Shown: in pieces, positions 54,445-56,566 of the stretch
Position numbering within the stretch: position 1 is the first letter of the stretch
Layout of the letters: each line of letters opens with the position of its first letter
Source: Eubacterium sp.
Lineage (GTDB): Bacteria > Bacillota > Clostridia > Lachnospirales > Lachnospiraceae
NCBI GenBank assembly: GCA_024684535.1
Contig: JAIKWQ010000052.1
Span: 1-56,566 of the forward strand
Reading direction: 5' to 3'
DNA length: 56,566 nucleotides
Translations under genes and position numbers: made by a program
Notes under the pieces: model-generated
The model's database searches: none
Seen by the model: the letters and a program-made list of their open reading frames with translations, nothing else
Told to the model about the DNA's origin: nothing

Positions 54445-56566
54445 CTAAAACCAAATCTGCCCGATAAGCTGTACCACCGTCGCAGCAAGCCAGGCAATCA
54501 GGCATTGCCAGAGGACCACGTACACTGCCCACAGATGTCCGAGCTCGCGTCTGATTGATGCGATAGCGGCCACACAGGGTGAATAAAGCAGTGAAAAAAC
54601 AAGCATTGAAGCGGCACAGACTGAACTGATCTGTGACGCGATACTCTCTCCCGGGAACATAACTTCCATCGAAGAAACCACACTTTCTTTTGCCATAACT
54701 CCGCTCACAAGCGAGGTTATTATTCTCCAATCACCGAGTCCCGCCGGTCGCATAATCGGCTCGAGCAATCCCGCAATCTGCGCAAGCATGCTATTTTCCG
54801 GATTCTGAACCATATTCAGTCTGAAATCAAAACTCTGCAAGAACCAAACTATTATAGTTGCAACCAGAATCACTGTAAATGCTCTGTGCAAAAAGTCTTT
54901 TGATTTTTCCCAGAGAAGTCTGCAAACATTTTTCAGGCGCGGAAGTCTGTAGTTGGGAAGCTCCATAACAAACGGCGCAGCTTTGCCCTTGAAGAGAATT
55001 TTTTTGTACAAAAGTGCTACAAGAATTCCGATAATTATACTCAAAAAATACAGTCCTGTGATAATCCACCAGCCCGAGTTCGGGAAAAATGAATGAATGA
55101 AAAATCCGTATATCGGCAGTTTCGCCGTACAAGACATAAACGGCGTCAACAATATGGTTATTTTTCGGTCGCGGGAACTCGGTAGAGTTCTGGTCGACAT
55201 CACAGCCGGCACCGTACAACCGAAGCCTATCAGAAGCGGAACGATGCTGCTTCCCGAGAGGCCTATTTTTCTGAGAAGTTTGTCCATCACAAACGCAACT
55301 CTTGCGATATAGCCACTGTCCTCGAGTACCGACAGGAAGAAAAACATCACGACGATGATCGGCAGGAAGCTCAAAACACTTCCAACTCCCTCGAAAACTC
55401 CCTTCAGAATCAGGCTTTGGATAGCATCATTTACGTTTGCATTTTTCATCGAGCTTTCCAAAAGGCCTGCAAGCGAGTCTATGCCGTTGCTCAAAAGATC
55501 CTGCAAAAATGGTCCGATCACAGCGAAAGTCAGGAAAAATACCAATGCCATAACAGCCATAAACACCGGAATCGCAGAGAGTTTGCCGGTAACTATACTG
55601 TCTATTTTTCTGGAGCGGATATGCTCTTTGCTTTCTTTTGGTTTTTTCACGCAGCGGTCGCAAACCCTGTATACATACGCGTAACGCATCTCGGCGATAG
55701 CGGCGCAACGATCAAGTCCGCGCTCTGATTCCATCTGAAGAACGATGTGTTCCAGCATTTCTTTTTCATTATCATCAAGCTTAAGTCTTTTTCGAATTCT
55801 TTTGTCGCCCTCGATAAGTTTTCCTGCGGCAAATCGCACAGGAACATCTTCGCGTATGGCGTGATCCTCTATCAGGTGGATAGCCGCATGCATACAGCGG
55901 TGAACCGCACCACCATGATCCGTGCTGCTGCAGAAGTCCTGTCTGAGCGGCTTCTCCTGATACTTTGCAATATGTATAGCGTGATGAACCAGCTCCTCGA
56001 TACCCTCATTTTTCGCAGCAGATATGGGAACGACCGGCACACCCAGCATTTCCTCCATTGCGTTGATGTCGACGGAACCGCCGTTTCCGGTCATTTCGTC
56101 CATCATGTTCAGCGCGATAACCGTCGGGATGCCCATTTCAAGCAGCTGCATAGTCAGATAAAGCGAGCGGTCGATAGAGGTTACATCGACTATATTTATG
56201 ATTGCGTGAGGATGCTCGTTCAGCACAAAATCTCTGGAAACCAGCTCCTCACTTGAGTACGGCGACATCGAGTAGATGCCCGGAAGATCGGTTACTCTCG
56301 TGTTTTCATACCCGCGAATGACGCCGTCTTTTCGGTCTACGGTAACGCCCGGAAAATTGCCTACGTGCTGGTTTGATCCCGTAAGCTGATTAAACAATGT
56401 CGTTTTTCCGCTGTTTTGGTTGCCGACCAGCGCGAAGGTCAGAACTGTCCCCTCAGGCAGGGGATTGCCGCTTCCCTTCGGGTGGAATTTTCCCTCCTCA
56501 CCCAATCCGGGATGTTGTACTTTTTTATGTGTATTTTTCTCCTCGTACTCGGGATAGTCGGGTGTC
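54445..56566 (-). CDS. feoB: ferrous iron transporter FeoB (5' end beyond the window; possibly FeoA-fused)
   Basis: GNQNSGKT, VGNFPGVT, DLPGIYS, NMMD, GFGCTVP and PFMSC. The frame stays open to the window edge. Confidence 0.93.
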   Translation of the reverse strand, partial: TPDYPEYEEKNTHKKVQHPGLGEEGKFHPKGSGNPLPEGTVLTFALVGNQNSGKTTLFNQLTGSNQHVGNFPGVTVDRKDGVIRGYENTRVTDLPGIYSMSPYSSEELVSRDFVLNEHPHAIINIVDVTSIDRSLYLTMQLLEMGIPTVIALNMMDEMTGNGGSVDINAMEEMLGVPVVPISAAKNEGIEELVHHAIHIAKYQEKPLRQDFCSSTDHGGAVHRCMHAAIHLIEDHAIREDVPVRFAAGKLIEGDKRIRKRLKLDDNEKEMLEHIVLQMESERGLDRCAAIAEMRYAYVYRVCDRCVKKPKESKEHIRSRKIDSIVTGKLSAIPVFMAVMALVFFLTFAVIGPFLQDLLSNGIDSLAGLLESSMKNANVNDAIQSLILKGVFEGVGSVLSFLPIIVVMFFFLSVLEDSGYIARVAFVMDKLLRKIGLSGSSIVPLLIGFGCTVPAVMSTRTLPSSRDRKITILLTPFMSCTAKLPIYGFFIHSFFPNSGWWIITGLYFLSIIIGILVALLYKKILFKGKAAPFVMELPNYRLPRLKNVCRLLWEKSKDFLHRAFTVILVATIIVWFLQSFDFRLNMVQNPENSMLAQIAGLLEPIMRPAGLGDWRIITSLVSGVMAKESVVSSMEVMFPGESIASQISSVCAASMLVFSLLYSPCVAAIASIRRELGHLWAVYVVLWQCLIAWLAATVVQLIGQIWF

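Overview
Chromosomal window, most likely from a Lachnospiraceae/Eubacterium-like Clostridia bacterium (inferred from gene content and protein style). Most genes lie on the minus strand. From left to right it holds: an internally deleted Fic-family pseudogene; a queF-queC-queuosine precursor transporter-Ogg glycosylase operon; a secreted beta-helix protein; a nine-gene envelope operon (pilin-like membrane proteins plus MoxR/DUF58/transglutaminase); mutS2 with an OmpR-type two-component pair; housekeeping genes (trmL, cheX, Lrp plus aminotransferase, VanW); and a large nitrogen-assimilation region (asnB-GSIII-gltBD-carAB-degenerate GS-ANTAR and amt::PII-purF). That region is interrupted by signalling genes, a beta-helix lipoprotein and an Rpn nuclease. 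capA and a feoB that runs off the window edge come last. The best candidate for an under-described system is a nitrogen-control circuit. A catalytically degenerate glutamine synthetase is encoded next to a non-phosphorylatable pseudo-receiver ANTAR protein, and two near-identical promoter plus single-hairpin attenuator cassettes precede asnB and amt. Other highlights: a palindromic DNA element inserted in-frame in carB, an ATT start codon for the queuosine transporter, an SGNH hydrolase with Cys in place of the catalytic Ser, an unannotated 35-aa membrane peptide, and an apparently leaderless mutS2. All family calls come from motif recognition, not database searches. No rRNA, tRNA, CRISPR array or intact IS was seen.
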